From assembly GCA_009995365.1 (NCBI GenBank), contig JAACPR010000002.1, positions 14,428 through 78,427 of the forward strand: a stretch of 64,000 nt of DNA, written 5' to 3'. The notes beneath the pieces were generated by a model, which was not told the origin of the DNA, did not search any database, and worked only from the letters and a program-made list of their open reading frames with translations. This DNA comes from Candidatus Parcubacteria bacterium. GTDB lineage: Bacteria; Patescibacteriota; Minisyncoccia; Phycocordibacterales; JAACPR01. Both the position numbers and the translations under genes were made by a program. Of this stretch, positions 19,114-28,990 are shown in pieces. Positions within the stretch are counted from its first letter, which is position 1, and every line of letters begins with the position of its first letter.

Positions 19114-20796
19114 ATGAAAAAAAGAAATTTTAAAATAGTTATATCATTCTTTATAGTAGGAATAGTAATTCTGACAATAGGGTTATTTGCAAACCAAAGC
19201 TCTGACATTGTCTCTCTTGGGGATGGTCAATTAGCAAACACTTTTAGTTCACTTCAACAACCTCAATTAGGTGATTTAGCTAACGAGGAAGAAGCTAAAG
19301 GATATCAACCAATCTCTGGTATTGATTTTAATGCTGGAAAGACTGGTGCGGGTGCAGATAGCAACTTTATTGCGTTACTTAGAACAATATTTAATTGGGG
19401 GATTGCAATTGCGGTAATATTGGCAACTCTTGCGGTTATTGTTGGAGCAGTACAGTATATGACCACTGATGCTATTTACGACAAAAAAGAAGGTCGCCAA
19501 AGAATGACTTCTGCAATTGGAGGATTAATTTTAGCCCTAATGTCATGGCTTATCCTATTTACAATTAATGAAAATATATTTGCTAGCAATTTCTTACTCA
19601 AACTTCAAAATTTAAAAGAAGAAAACACTAAAAACCAATCGAGTGGTGGTGTAGTAGCTGGTGGCTCCAACTTAGCACCCGAACAACAGGTTGAATTAAA
19701 CAAAAAAGAAGCAGAGGATTTATTAAGCACAGCTGAAATGTATAAAAAAGAATCAGATCGTTGGCAACGAATACAAAGAGAGTGTTTTGATGCTGATGAA
19801 AAATTTATTGAAAATTCAACTAACCCAGACTGTAATTTAATTGCTAAAATTAATGGATTTTCTGGTGCCAACCAATCAGCAATACAAGCAAAAGAAGCAG
19901 AAATTGAGGCAAGAGAAAAGGCGGTTGAGTTACTTAAAAAGAACGCAGAAATAATGGGCGACAATAATAGTCAATCATTAGAAGATATAGAAAGTAACAA
20001 AAATAGACTAGATGAAATAAATAATACTGGCAATTCCTCAAGTGGATCATTTGAAAATCAAAACACTCAAAATAACGAGACTAGTTTTAACCCAGAATCA
20101 GAATTTAATTATGATTTTTTATATGACCAACAAAATAACACTGGTGTAGATGATGGTAGATTAACACTTCAAGAAATTATAGATTTGAATAAAAACCTAA
20201 AAGATCAACAGGAAAGCAATCAAAACTCAAACAACAAACAGGTGGAATATGAGTTAACAGAACAACAAAAAAACAACCTGGCTTTTCAAGAACAATCGAT
20301 GAAAAATATTATTATTAAAAATGAATCTATTGATTTAACAAAAGTATCTAATGAATTAAAGGATGTTTTAGAAATTTTTAGAGACTCTTGTTGTGGTCGA
20401 AAAGTAGTAATTGCAGGAACAGAGACCTACACCCACTCTTTTAATGTTTCAGATGTCTACCCCGAAGAAAATAGTTTTTTAATTGAAAGAAGTGTTACAA
20501 ACGAATTGGGTGCCGACCTCTGGACTTCTTTAAATTTTTTCGTATCAAGAAACACCTACCCAGATCAAAATATGGTTGAAATAACAGAGTATATAAAATG
20601 TAGAGATTCAAATAATAAATCTTATTGCAGAATACCTGAAAATTTTAGGGAGATAGCAGGTGAATACACTAGCACCAATAACAAAGGTGTTTTAGCTATA
20701 GATTTATTAAGAAATAAAAGGTATATAAGTGAATTTAATGGTTACGACGCAACAGTTGTCTACAATAATAACAGTTGGGAAATTAAAATTGATTAA
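19114..20796 (+). CDS. VirB2/TrbC-like pilin domain fused to a long C-terminal extension
   Basis: An N-terminal TM helix, then NFIALLRTIFNWGIAIAVILATLAVIVGAVQYMT…AIGGLILALMSWLILFT, which is a two-helix TrbC/VirB2-like hairpin. About 400 aa of Asn/Gln/Glu-rich sequence with a Cys cluster follow. Confidence 0.5.
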   Translation: MKKRNFKIVISFFIVGIVILTIGLFANQSSDIVSLGDGQLANTFSSLQQPQLGDLANEEEAKGYQPISGIDFNAGKTGAGADSNFIALLRTIFNWGIAIAVILATLAVIVGAVQYMTTDAIYDKKEGRQRMTSAIGGLILALMSWLILFTINENIFASNFLLKLQNLKEENTKNQSSGGVVAGGSNLAPEQQVELNKKEAEDLLSTAEMYKKESDRWQRIQRECFDADEKFIENSTNPDCNLIAKINGFSGANQSAIQAKEAEIEAREKAVELLKKNAEIMGDNNSQSLEDIESNKNRLDEINNTGNSSSGSFENQNTQNNETSFNPESEFNYDFLYDQQNNTGVDDGRLTLQEIIDLNKNLKDQQESNQNSNNKQVEYELTEQQKNNLAFQEQSMKNIIIKNESIDLTKVSNELKDVLEIFRDSCCGRKVVIAGTETYTHSFNVSDVYPEENSFLIERSVTNELGADLWTSLNFFVSRNTYPDQNMVEITEYIKCRDSNNKSYCRIPENFREIAGEYTSTNNKGVLAIDLLRNKRYISEFNGYDATVVYNNNSWEIKID

Positions 20797-20817
20797 TTTT
20801 TGTTATAATTATTTTAA

Positions 20818-22140
20818 ATGAAAAAAGCAACAGCGATAAAAATATTAATATTATTAATTTTAATAGCAGTAGGTGTAATAAGTTATTACTTCTTTTTCCA
20901 AAACAACCAAGAAAGTACCCGAGAGGTTGTATCACCAGAACAACCTAATAGTAATTTTTTTCCAGATTCAGAAAATTTTAACCAAGGAACAACCGACCAA
21001 CCACAAAATAACGACCAGCGCCCTAATAGAGATTCACAAGATATTACTACACTTAGACAAATTTCAGAAAATCCAACTGCTGGTTTTATAATTTTTGACG
21101 AAACATCAACAACAACTAATGAATTAGTAAACAACACAGGCGATGGAGATGAAGAGGTGGTAATAGAGGAGGTTGTCGACAGTAAGACAGTTTACAGATT
21201 TGTTAATAAATCTAATGGAAATATTTTTGAAACAGATTCTAAAACAAGCTCTATAAATAGAATAACTAATAAAACCATCCCAAAGATTCAAGATTCTATT
21301 TTTTCTAAAGACGGTAATAATGTTATTTTTAGATATTTAGATAATTCAAACAGAATCGAATCTGTTTTTTTGAAATTAATGGACAACAAATCATCAACTA
21401 CAACAGATGACACTAGCGAAAATACAAACAGTTTTAAAGAATTAGAGACTAATTTTCTTCCTAAAAACATAACTAATTTAGATATTAACAATGAAGATGT
21501 TTTGTATACACTTGAAACAAACAATGGATTAAATGGTTTTGTTTTTAATGTTGATTCTATTTTAGATCAAACCCTTTCTTTTGGTTCAAAATTATCACAA
21601 GTTGACGTAAAATGGTTAAATGAAAACTCTGTATTAATCGGAACAAAACCATCTAATAGTTCTAATGGTTTATTATTTCAATATAATTTAGAAACAAAAC
21701 AAACAAACAAAATTATAGAGTCCAGAATTGGATTTAATTTTCTACCAAATAAAAATTCTAACTTTATTGTATATTCCGAATTGAGTGGTGATTCAATAAA
21801 TTCATATTCTTACAATATTGAAACAAATGAGACTATTGATTTAAATTTAAACACCATTGTTAGTGATAAATGTGCATGGAGTAATGTAGAAGATACAATT
21901 ATTTATTGTGCAGTTCCAAACAATCAAATTGGTTTTGGCTACCCAAACACTTGGTATCAAGGACAAGTTTCTTTTAATGATTCTTTGTATCAGATTGATG
22001 TAGAATCAGATTTAAAGATCAAAATAGACGGCTTAGAAGGGGACTTTGATATTATTAACCCTCAAGTTTCAAACAATGATGAATATATAACCTTCGTCAA
22101 TAAAAAAGATTTAACTCTTTGGTCACTAGATATTAAATAA
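20818..22140 (+). CDS. membrane-anchored secreted hypothetical protein (beta-propeller-like?)
   Basis: N-terminal TM anchor; Ser/Thr/Asn-rich. Confidence 0.4.
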   Translation: MKKATAIKILILLILIAVGVISYYFFFQNNQESTREVVSPEQPNSNFFPDSENFNQGTTDQPQNNDQRPNRDSQDITTLRQISENPTAGFIIFDETSTTTNELVNNTGDGDEEVVIEEVVDSKTVYRFVNKSNGNIFETDSKTSSINRITNKTIPKIQDSIFSKDGNNVIFRYLDNSNRIESVFLKLMDNKSSTTTDDTSENTNSFKELETNFLPKNITNLDINNEDVLYTLETNNGLNGFVFNVDSILDQTLSFGSKLSQVDVKWLNENSVLIGTKPSNSSNGLLFQYNLETKQTNKIIESRIGFNFLPNKNSNFIVYSELSGDSINSYSYNIETNETIDLNLNTIVSDKCAWSNVEDTIIYCAVPNNQIGFGYPNTWYQGQVSFNDSLYQIDVESDLKIKIDGLEGDFDIINPQVSNNDEYITFVNKKDLTLWSLDIK

Positions 22141-22155
22141 TAAAATATTTAAAAA

Positions 22156-22938
22156 TTAAACTGTTTTTTCTTCGACTTTTTCTGGTTTTATAACCTCTTC
22201 TTTTGAATTATTTGAATTATTCTTCTTGTTTTTAATAGTCTTTTTTAAGTAAGCTTCTTGGATTATTGAAAAGATATTACTTGTAACAAAATACAGGGCA
22301 ATAATTGCACCAAAACTATATGAAATGAAAAGCATTATTGTTGGTATTACATAAACCATTTTTGTTTGAACATCCCTCATCATATCTTCCATAGATCCCT
22401 TTTCTGGTTTTTTGTCGTCTTTGTGAGGCAAGAGTAGTTTTGCTTGGAAATACTGCGTTATAGAGGCTAATAAGGCCAAAATAACACTCTTTTCTGTTAA
22501 CTCTATTCCTAGAAATGATGTGTTTATCATTGTTGGTGAAGGAACAAAAGAATACAGTAATTCAGTATTAATAGCAGGTAAGCCAGCCTTCAAGAACATA
22601 TAATAAAAACCAAACAAAAGAGGAAGTTGTATGAACAAAAGAAGGAAACCAGAAAAAGGCTTAATATCGTTTTCTTTATATAATTCCATCATTTTTTGAG
22701 CCATAACTTGTGGTTCGTTTTTGTATTTTTTCTTTAATTCTTTTAAAGGCTCTTGAATATCCTTCATTTTGATTTGAGTCTTGATTTGGCTTTTTGATAA
22801 AGGAAAAATAACAAACCTGAAAACAATAGTTAAAATTATTACCGCAAGACCTAAATCACTAGTTATAAAATCAACCAAAAAAATTAGAGCGTTATAAAAT
22901 GGCTTTACTATTAAAGATATAAATATTGAACTGATCAT
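22156..22938 (-). CDS. yidC: membrane protein insertase YidC/Oxa1 (short Gram-positive type)
   Basis: Five-TM architecture with a conserved N-terminus, and synteny with rnpA. Confidence 0.8.
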   Translation of the reverse strand: MISSIFISLIVKPFYNALIFLVDFITSDLGLAVIILTIVFRFVIFPLSKSQIKTQIKMKDIQEPLKELKKKYKNEPQVMAQKMMELYKENDIKPFSGFLLLFIQLPLLFGFYYMFLKAGLPAINTELLYSFVPSPTMINTSFLGIELTEKSVILALLASITQYFQAKLLLPHKDDKKPEKGSMEDMMRDVQTKMVYVIPTIMLFISYSFGAIIALYFVTSNIFSIIQEAYLKKTIKNKKNNSNNSKEEVIKPEKVEEKTV

Positions 22939-22945
22939 AATGTTA

Positions 22946-23263
22946 TTAAATAATACACTTACTAATTAAATTATCAATCTCTTCTTTATTTTTATAAAAA
23001 TTTCTATTGTTTATAAAGAAAACAAAATCTAAATTATTAATATTTTCAACACTTTTAATCAAAGAAATTAATTTTCTTTTTAAAAAATGTCTTTTAACTG
23101 CATTTTTTTCTGTTTTTTTAGATATAACAACAGAAAAACGAGGGAAGGGTAGGTTGTTTTTAGAGGCTTTTAAAGCTAAATTACCAGATTTAAAAGAAAA
23201 ATCAGGATTTTTCATTATTTTCCCGATTTTTTCTCTATCAATTCTTTGTTTTTTTGAAAACAT
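22946..23263 (-). CDS. rnpA: ribonuclease P protein component
   Basis: FPRFSVVISKKTEKNAVKRHFLKRKL motif and synteny with rpmH. Confidence 0.8.
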   Translation of the reverse strand: MFSKKQRIDREKIGKIMKNPDFSFKSGNLALKASKNNLPFPRFSVVISKKTEKNAVKRHFLKRKLISLIKSVENINNLDFVFFINNRNFYKNKEEIDNLISKCII

Positions 23264-23397
23264 TAGACTGCTAGTTTTTTTCTACCTTTTCTTCTTCTAG
23301 ATTTTAACACATTTTTTCCAGCAGAAGATTCTGATCTTTTTCTAAAGCCGTGTGTTTTCAATCTTTTCCTTTTTTTAGGTTGGTATGTTGTTGACAT
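23263..23397 (-). CDS. rpmH: 50S ribosomal protein L34
   Basis: Hand translation of the minus strand gives [44 protein letters not shown]. The stop overlaps the rnpA start (TAATG). This ORF is below the ORF-track size cutoff. Confidence 0.85.
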   Translation of the reverse strand: MSTTYQPKKRKRLKTHGFRKRSESSAGKNVLKSRRRKGRKKLAV

Positions 23398-23499
23398 ATT
23401 TTTTTTATTAACAAGTTATCAACAGATTTTTAACATAAAACTTATTTTTTATCAAGTTTTTTAATTTCTTATAAGGTATATAATGATTAGCACTTATTT
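23398..23499. promoter_or_regulatory. rpmH-dnaA intergenic region with DnaA-box-like sites (oriC, left part) and rpmH/dnaA promoters
   Basis: TTATCAACA at 23416-23424 (8 of 9 positions match TTATCCACA), a second weaker box TTATCAAGT, and AT-rich sequence. Confidence 0.5.
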
Positions 23500-24855
23500 A
23501 TGTCATCAGTTACTAACAATAAAAATATCTGGGAGGACGCTTTAGCTCAAATAGAGCAAGAAGTTTCAAAGGCAAACTTCAACACTTGGTTCAAAGATAC
23601 TTTTATAAACAAAGTGAGTGATGGAGTTGCTCAAATCGGAGTTCCTAATAGTTTTGTTAGGGATTGGCTTAATAATAAATTTCATAAAACAATCTTAAAA
23701 AATCTCAGAGAAGTTTCAGATGAAATAAGATCCATAGAAATAGTTGTCTCTAAAAATAATAATAAAAATGACATTATTATTAACAAAAAAGAAGAAAAAA
23801 ATAACAACGAATTACCTTTGGCTGATTTTTACATAAACAAAGATGATAATTTAAACCCAAGATATATATTTGAAACTTTTGTTATTGGTCCATTTAATGA
23901 ATTAGCTCACGCTGCCACACAAGCAATCATAAAACAACCAGGTGTTGTTTATAATCCACTATTTATTTATGGAAATACAGGACACGGAAAAACACATTTG
24001 ATCCAAGCGGCAGGGAACCAGATAAAAAAAATATCTCCAGATAAAAAAGTTTTCTATTTAACTTCTGAAAAATTCACTGTTGAATACATTAACGCAGTTC
24101 AACAAAACAAAGTTGGTTTATTCAAAGATAAGTATAGAAAATACGATGTTCTTATAATGGATGATATTCAATTTCTTTCAGGAAAAGAAAAAACTCAAGA
24201 AGAATTATTCCATTTGTTTAATACTTTATATGACAACAATAAACAAATTATATTTTCTTCTGATCAACACCCTAATTTCATACCAGGATTAGAAGACAGA
24301 TTAAAATCTAGATTTAACCAAGGTATGATTGTTGATATTACACAACCAGACCATGAATCTAGAATTGCAATAATAAAAACAAAATTAGTTAAAAATGGTA
24401 TAGAATTAAATGATGATGTTTATGATTTTCTGGCTAAATCTATAGAAGGTAATATTAGAGAATTAGAAGGTGTTGTAAATTCAATAGTTTGCCAAACTCA
24501 ACTAAAAAACAGAAAACTTTCAATAACAGAGATAAAAGAATTAATCAAAAACACATCAAAACCTAAAAAAATGATTTCTGTTAATGAGTTAATTAAAATA
24601 GTTTCAGACTTCTTTAATATTGAAACTGAAAATATCAAAGATAAAACAAGAAGGAAAGAGGTTGTCAGACCAAGACAAATAATAATGTATATTTTACGTG
24701 AAGATTTTAATGTTTCTTTTCCAACAATTGGGGAAAAATTAGGTGGTAGAGATCACACAACTGTAATTCATTCATGTGAAAAAATTAAAAAAGATCTAAA
24801 AATAGATAATTCTCTTTCCCAACAAATTAACCAAATTAGGTCGATGTTAACTTAA
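23500..24855 (+). CDS. dnaA: chromosomal replication initiator DnaA
   Basis: Walker A GNTGHGKTHL, Walker B/sensor motifs, and a C-terminal DnaA-box-binding HTH (GGRDHTTV). Confidence 0.95.
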   Translation: MSSVTNNKNIWEDALAQIEQEVSKANFNTWFKDTFINKVSDGVAQIGVPNSFVRDWLNNKFHKTILKNLREVSDEIRSIEIVVSKNNNKNDIIINKKEEKNNNELPLADFYINKDDNLNPRYIFETFVIGPFNELAHAATQAIIKQPGVVYNPLFIYGNTGHGKTHLIQAAGNQIKKISPDKKVFYLTSEKFTVEYINAVQQNKVGLFKDKYRKYDVLIMDDIQFLSGKEKTQEELFHLFNTLYDNNKQIIFSSDQHPNFIPGLEDRLKSRFNQGMIVDITQPDHESRIAIIKTKLVKNGIELNDDVYDFLAKSIEGNIRELEGVVNSIVCQTQLKNRKLSITEIKELIKNTSKPKKMISVNELIKIVSDFFNIETENIKDKTRRKEVVRPRQIIMYILREDFNVSFPTIGEKLGGRDHTTVIHSCEKIKKDLKIDNSLSQQINQIRSMLT

Positions 24856-25083
24856 CAACAGGTGGAAAAGTTGTTGGTAAGTATTTGGTTAAGTTGTTGG
24901 TAAGTTTGAATTAAAATTAATAGAAAGTTGATAAAAAAATTAAAAATAATCTTATACAGTTTCTACAAAATGTTTTCCACAGTTTTTTAAAAAAATTTTT
25001 GTAAAAACAACCCTAAAAACATAGTTATTATAAACTTATAAACATATCCACAGGACTAATAATAAAAATAAATAATATTTAAA
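24856..25083. promoter_or_regulatory. dnaA-dnaN intergenic region: candidate oriC with DnaA boxes and an AT-rich unwinding region
   Basis: TTTTCCACA at 24973-24981 and ATATCCACA at 25044-25052 each match TTATCCACA at 8 of 9 positions. A direct repeat AAGTTGTTGGTAAG x2 lies at 24877-24917. Confidence 0.6.
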
Positions 25084-26187
25084 ATGAAATTAGAAATTAA
25101 CAAAGAAAGAATATTGAGGTCAATTCAAAAAGCGGAAAAGATCGCTAGTAAAAATGTAACACTTCCTGTTTTATCTTGTCTTTTATTTGAAGCTAAAGAT
25201 GGAGAGTTAAATATCAAGGCAACTAACTTAGATATTAGTATTGTTATAAGCAATAAAGCAAAAATTGAAAAAGATGGCATAGCTGCAATACCATCTCAAA
25301 CAATATCAAGTTATATTTCTAATCTACCAAAATCAGATACAAGTGTTAATTTTGAACTAAGAGATAATAATCTTTACATCAATACAAAATCAAGCGACAC
25401 AACAATCAAAACTCAATCAGTTGATGACTTCCCACAAATTAATAAAACTTCCTCTGATGGACAAACTAGAGTCAAATCAGAAGATTTTATTAAAGGACTT
25501 AACTCTGTTTGGTATAGCTCCTCAAACTCAAACATTAAACCAGAACTTTCAAGTGTTTATGTTTACCAAAACGAAGATTATTTATTCTTTGTTGCTACAG
25601 ACTCTTTTAGGTTGGCCGAGAAAAAAGTCAGGGTAAAAAATATTGATAATTTTAAAGATGTTCTAATACCTTTTAAAAATGTAACTGAAATAATTAGAGT
25701 TTTTGATGATGTTGAAGAAGAACTAACACTTGATTTGGTTGAGGATCAATTAATTATTAAATCAGAAGAGGTTTATTTATCATCTAGAATTGTTGATGGA
25801 ACTTTTCCGGATTACAAACAAATAATTCCAAAAGAATCTAAAACAAATGTAAATGTTTTAAAAGAAGATTTTATTCAATCACTTAAAATTTCAAATATTT
25901 TTTCTGGTAAATTTAATCAAGTTGTTTTCTCTATTCTTCCAGAGGATAGTATTTTTGAAATACAATCAACATCAAACGATTTAGGGGAAACAAAAAACGT
26001 AATAAAATCAAAACAATCAGGAGAAAACCTAAAGATTAGTTTTAATAGTAAATATATAAATGATTGTTTTAATTCAATAAAATCAGAATCAATATCTCTT
26101 GATTTTTGCGGATTAGATAAACCCATGATAATAAAAGCATCTAACGACGACAGTTTTACTTATCTTGTTATGCCTATGAATAAATAA
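25084..26187 (+). CDS. dnaN: DNA polymerase III beta sliding clamp
   Basis: Three-domain clamp of 367 aa located immediately downstream of dnaA. Confidence 0.85.
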   Translation: MKLEINKERILRSIQKAEKIASKNVTLPVLSCLLFEAKDGELNIKATNLDISIVISNKAKIEKDGIAAIPSQTISSYISNLPKSDTSVNFELRDNNLYINTKSSDTTIKTQSVDDFPQINKTSSDGQTRVKSEDFIKGLNSVWYSSSNSNIKPELSSVYVYQNEDYLFFVATDSFRLAEKKVRVKNIDNFKDVLIPFKNVTEIIRVFDDVEEELTLDLVEDQLIIKSEEVYLSSRIVDGTFPDYKQIIPKESKTNVNVLKEDFIQSLKISNIFSGKFNQVVFSILPEDSIFEIQSTSNDLGETKNVIKSKQSGENLKISFNSKYINDCFNSIKSESISLDFCGLDKPMIIKASNDDSFTYLVMPMNK

Positions 26188-26197
26188 TATTTGTTTT

Positions 26198-26434
26198 ATG
26201 GAACAAATCAGTTTTTACTTAAAAAAATTTGAAACCTTAGAAATAAAAGGGGATAAATTAAAAGAAAAAATAATTAAATTAATATCAGAAATTTTAGATG
26301 TAGAAATAGATAAAAAAAATATCTTAATATTAAAAACAGGGGAGGTAAAAATAAAAGAAGTAGGATCTAAAAAAACAATAATTTTTCTAAATAAGAAAAA
26401 AATAGAGGATAAATTAAATAAGATTATTCTGTAA
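26198..26434 (+). CDS. small Lys-rich protein downstream of dnaN (possible S4-like/DUF721-type)
   Basis: 78-aa ORF at the position where a small RNA-binding protein usually follows dnaN. Confidence 0.35.
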   Translation: MEQISFYLKKFETLEIKGDKLKEKIIKLISEILDVEIDKKNILILKTGEVKIKEVGSKKTIIFLNKKKIEDKLNKIIL

Positions 26435-28907
26435 TTTTTAATTCAATTTCTTTTCTATATTCATTATCTAATTCATCAACAACTTCAACAACTAAACTAT
26501 TAGTATTTTTTATATCATCAATATCACTAGGTATAAAACTAAACGAATTATTTTCAGTTTCTATTTCCCCAATTTTTTTATTGTTTAGAATAACCGAACT
26601 ATTTTTAATTTTATTTTCTAAAGCAACAACAATTACTAATATTTCATCTCTTAAATATTCAACATCTTCGTCTATGGTTATTATTTTTAGTTGATTTTCT
26701 TCTTCAAAATCAATATTTTCTATATCTTCAATTTCAAAATCATCACTTATGTTTTGTCTGTTAACCCAATTTCTAACAGGCTCTTCCCATAATTCATATT
26801 GAGAATCTTGATAAGGGTTACTAGGTGGTTCACCTAATGGATTACTCCTATCAACATAATGTAGGATGGAGTGTATACCATCAGTTCTTCCTGTTACTAC
26901 AACCCTTTTATCACCATTATTATTTTCTACAACCTCAGTTCTTTCTCCTTTCCAATAACCAGCGATTATAGGTTTAACATTTAAATCCTTCTCTTCGGGG
27001 TCATTAAAAAATTCTTTGTCTCTTTTAGATAAGGCAAATTGTAGAAATTCATTCCACATCGGTGCAACAATAAAACCAGCAACTTTTTTATCCATCGATC
27101 TATTATCGTTGTTACCAGCCCAAGCAACAGTAGTTAAGTTTGGTGTGTATCCTGTAATCCAAGCATCTTTATAATCGTTTGTGGTTCCTGTTTTTGCAGC
27201 TACATCTTGATCAGGGAAATACAAATATGAATCAGGTCCAAAAGCAGGTGTTCTAGCTTGGTTGTCTGTTAAAACATCATTAATATCTCTAGATACATTT
27301 ACATCTAAAACTCTTTCTGATCTAAAAATTTCTTCTTCTATATCAAACAAAATATTTCCTTTTGAATCTTCTATTTTAAGTATTGGAGTTTTTTGACTTT
27401 TAATACCTTCATTAGCAAAAACAGAATAAGCTGTTGCAATATCAATAGGTCTAACTTCACCACCACCAAGAACAAGAGTTAATCCATATTGATCAATATT
27501 TGTTAATGTTTCCAACCCCATCTTTTTTGCAAGCTCTAATGAATCTCTAATTCCTGCTAAATAAAGAGTTTTAACAGCAGGAATGTTTACAGATTGGGCA
27601 AGGGCATCTCTTAGACTTATTGGTCCTCTAAAAATATTATCGTAGTTTCCAGGCTTATAACAAGAACCTGAATTATAACCACAAGAAGTTGAAAATTCAG
27701 TTTCTAAATCAAAAACAACAGTATCAGGTCTATAACCTTTTGAAAAAGCATTAGCATAAACAATAGGTTTGAAAACTGAACCTGGTTGCCTCTCCGATGT
27801 TGTTATATTAAAGTTTCCGTCAATTTCTTTATCAAAATAATTTCTAGAACCAACCATAACTAAAATCTCACCATTCCTAGGATCCATCGATAGTATTGCT
27901 GTGTTTTCAGCGTCAAATTTTTCTGCATTTTCTAATGCATACTTTAAAGCTATCTCTTCAGCTTTTTCTTGGAGTTCCCAATCAAGTGATGTTGTTACTT
28001 TTAATCCTCCTTCTTCGATAATATCTCTACCGTACTCTTTCTCAATAATTTCTCTTACATACATAACAAAATGAGGAGCCTTTATACCGAATTCTTCTTG
28101 TTTTTGAAAAGAAACTTCTTCATTTTTTGCTTCATCTGCTTCATTTTGGGTTATAAAACCAGCGATAACCATTTGATCAAGAACAAAATTCTTACGATAC
28201 TCTAATCTGTCTGTATTGTTTCCGTATGGAGAATAAAACGATGGTGCCTGGGGAAGTGCAGCTAGATAAGCAGATTCGGCCAAATTAACATCTTTTGCTT
28301 CTTTCCCGAAAAACCTTAAAGATGCTTCTTGAATACCATAAACATTTCCACCATAAGGAACTTCGTTTAGATAAATTTGTAATATTTCATCTTTAGTTAG
28401 GATATTTTCAAGTCTTGGTGCAAGAACCCACTCTTTCAATTTTCTGGAAACTTTTTTGTCACTTGTTAAAAGAGCGTTTTTAATAACTTGTTGAGTGATA
28501 GTTGAACCACCTTGTCCATCAAGTAAATTACCAGACAATATGTTTTTTAATACCGCTCTCACGATAGCTAAAGGTTGTATACCGTTGTGAGAATAGAAAT
28601 TCTTATCTTCAACCGCGATTGTTGCTTGTCTTGCTAAAATTGAAATATCATCGAGCGGGACTACTGATCTTTTTATATCACCATGAACATCATATAAAAG
28701 TATTTCTCCTGTTCTGTCGAAAATTTTCGTTGATTGGCTGACCTTTCTTTCTTCAAAGTTTGCTAAATTGGGTAGATTGAAAGTTGTTGTCCATATAGCT
28801 AATCCACCAAATAGCAAGAAAAAAACCAAAAAAACTAAAAACATAGTTTTTTTAATTAAACCTAATCTTTTCTTGATGAATTTTTTGAAACCTTTTCTTT
28901 TTGTCAT
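26424..28907 (-). CDS. penicillin-binding protein 1A (bifunctional glycosyltransferase/transpeptidase) with a C-terminal extension
   Basis: GT51 motifs (EDKNFYSHNGIQPLAIVRA, GGSTITQQ), transpeptidase motifs SVFKP, SVN and KTGTTND, and an N-terminal TM helix. Confidence 0.9.
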   Translation of the reverse strand: MTKRKGFKKFIKKRLGLIKKTMFLVFLVFFLLFGGLAIWTTTFNLPNLANFEERKVSQSTKIFDRTGEILLYDVHGDIKRSVVPLDDISILARQATIAVEDKNFYSHNGIQPLAIVRAVLKNILSGNLLDGQGGSTITQQVIKNALLTSDKKVSRKLKEWVLAPRLENILTKDEILQIYLNEVPYGGNVYGIQEASLRFFGKEAKDVNLAESAYLAALPQAPSFYSPYGNNTDRLEYRKNFVLDQMVIAGFITQNEADEAKNEEVSFQKQEEFGIKAPHFVMYVREIIEKEYGRDIIEEGGLKVTTSLDWELQEKAEEIALKYALENAEKFDAENTAILSMDPRNGEILVMVGSRNYFDKEIDGNFNITTSERQPGSVFKPIVYANAFSKGYRPDTVVFDLETEFSTSCGYNSGSCYKPGNYDNIFRGPISLRDALAQSVNIPAVKTLYLAGIRDSLELAKKMGLETLTNIDQYGLTLVLGGGEVRPIDIATAYSVFANEGIKSQKTPILKIEDSKGNILFDIEEEIFRSERVLDVNVSRDINDVLTDNQARTPAFGPDSYLYFPDQDVAAKTGTTNDYKDAWITGYTPNLTTVAWAGNNDNRSMDKKVAGFIVAPMWNEFLQFALSKRDKEFFNDPEEKDLNVKPIIAGYWKGERTEVVENNNGDKRVVVTGRTDGIHSILHYVDRSNPLGEPPSNPYQDSQYELWEEPVRNWVNRQNISDDFEIEDIENIDFEEENQLKIITIDEDVEYLRDEILVIVVALENKIKNSSVILNNKKIGEIETENNSFSFIPSDIDDIKNTNSLVVEVVDELDNEYRKEIELKITE

Positions 28908-28990
28908 TTATGTTATTTAATACTCATTATAACTTTTTTTACAATTTTGTCTGTTTTGAGTTGTATATTAAAGAGTGCTAAAATTAACAT

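Noticed and set aside
28908-28990. T-box leader upstream of tyrS
   Set aside because: The 83-nt leader is far too short for a T-box riboswitch, and no T-box consensus is visible.
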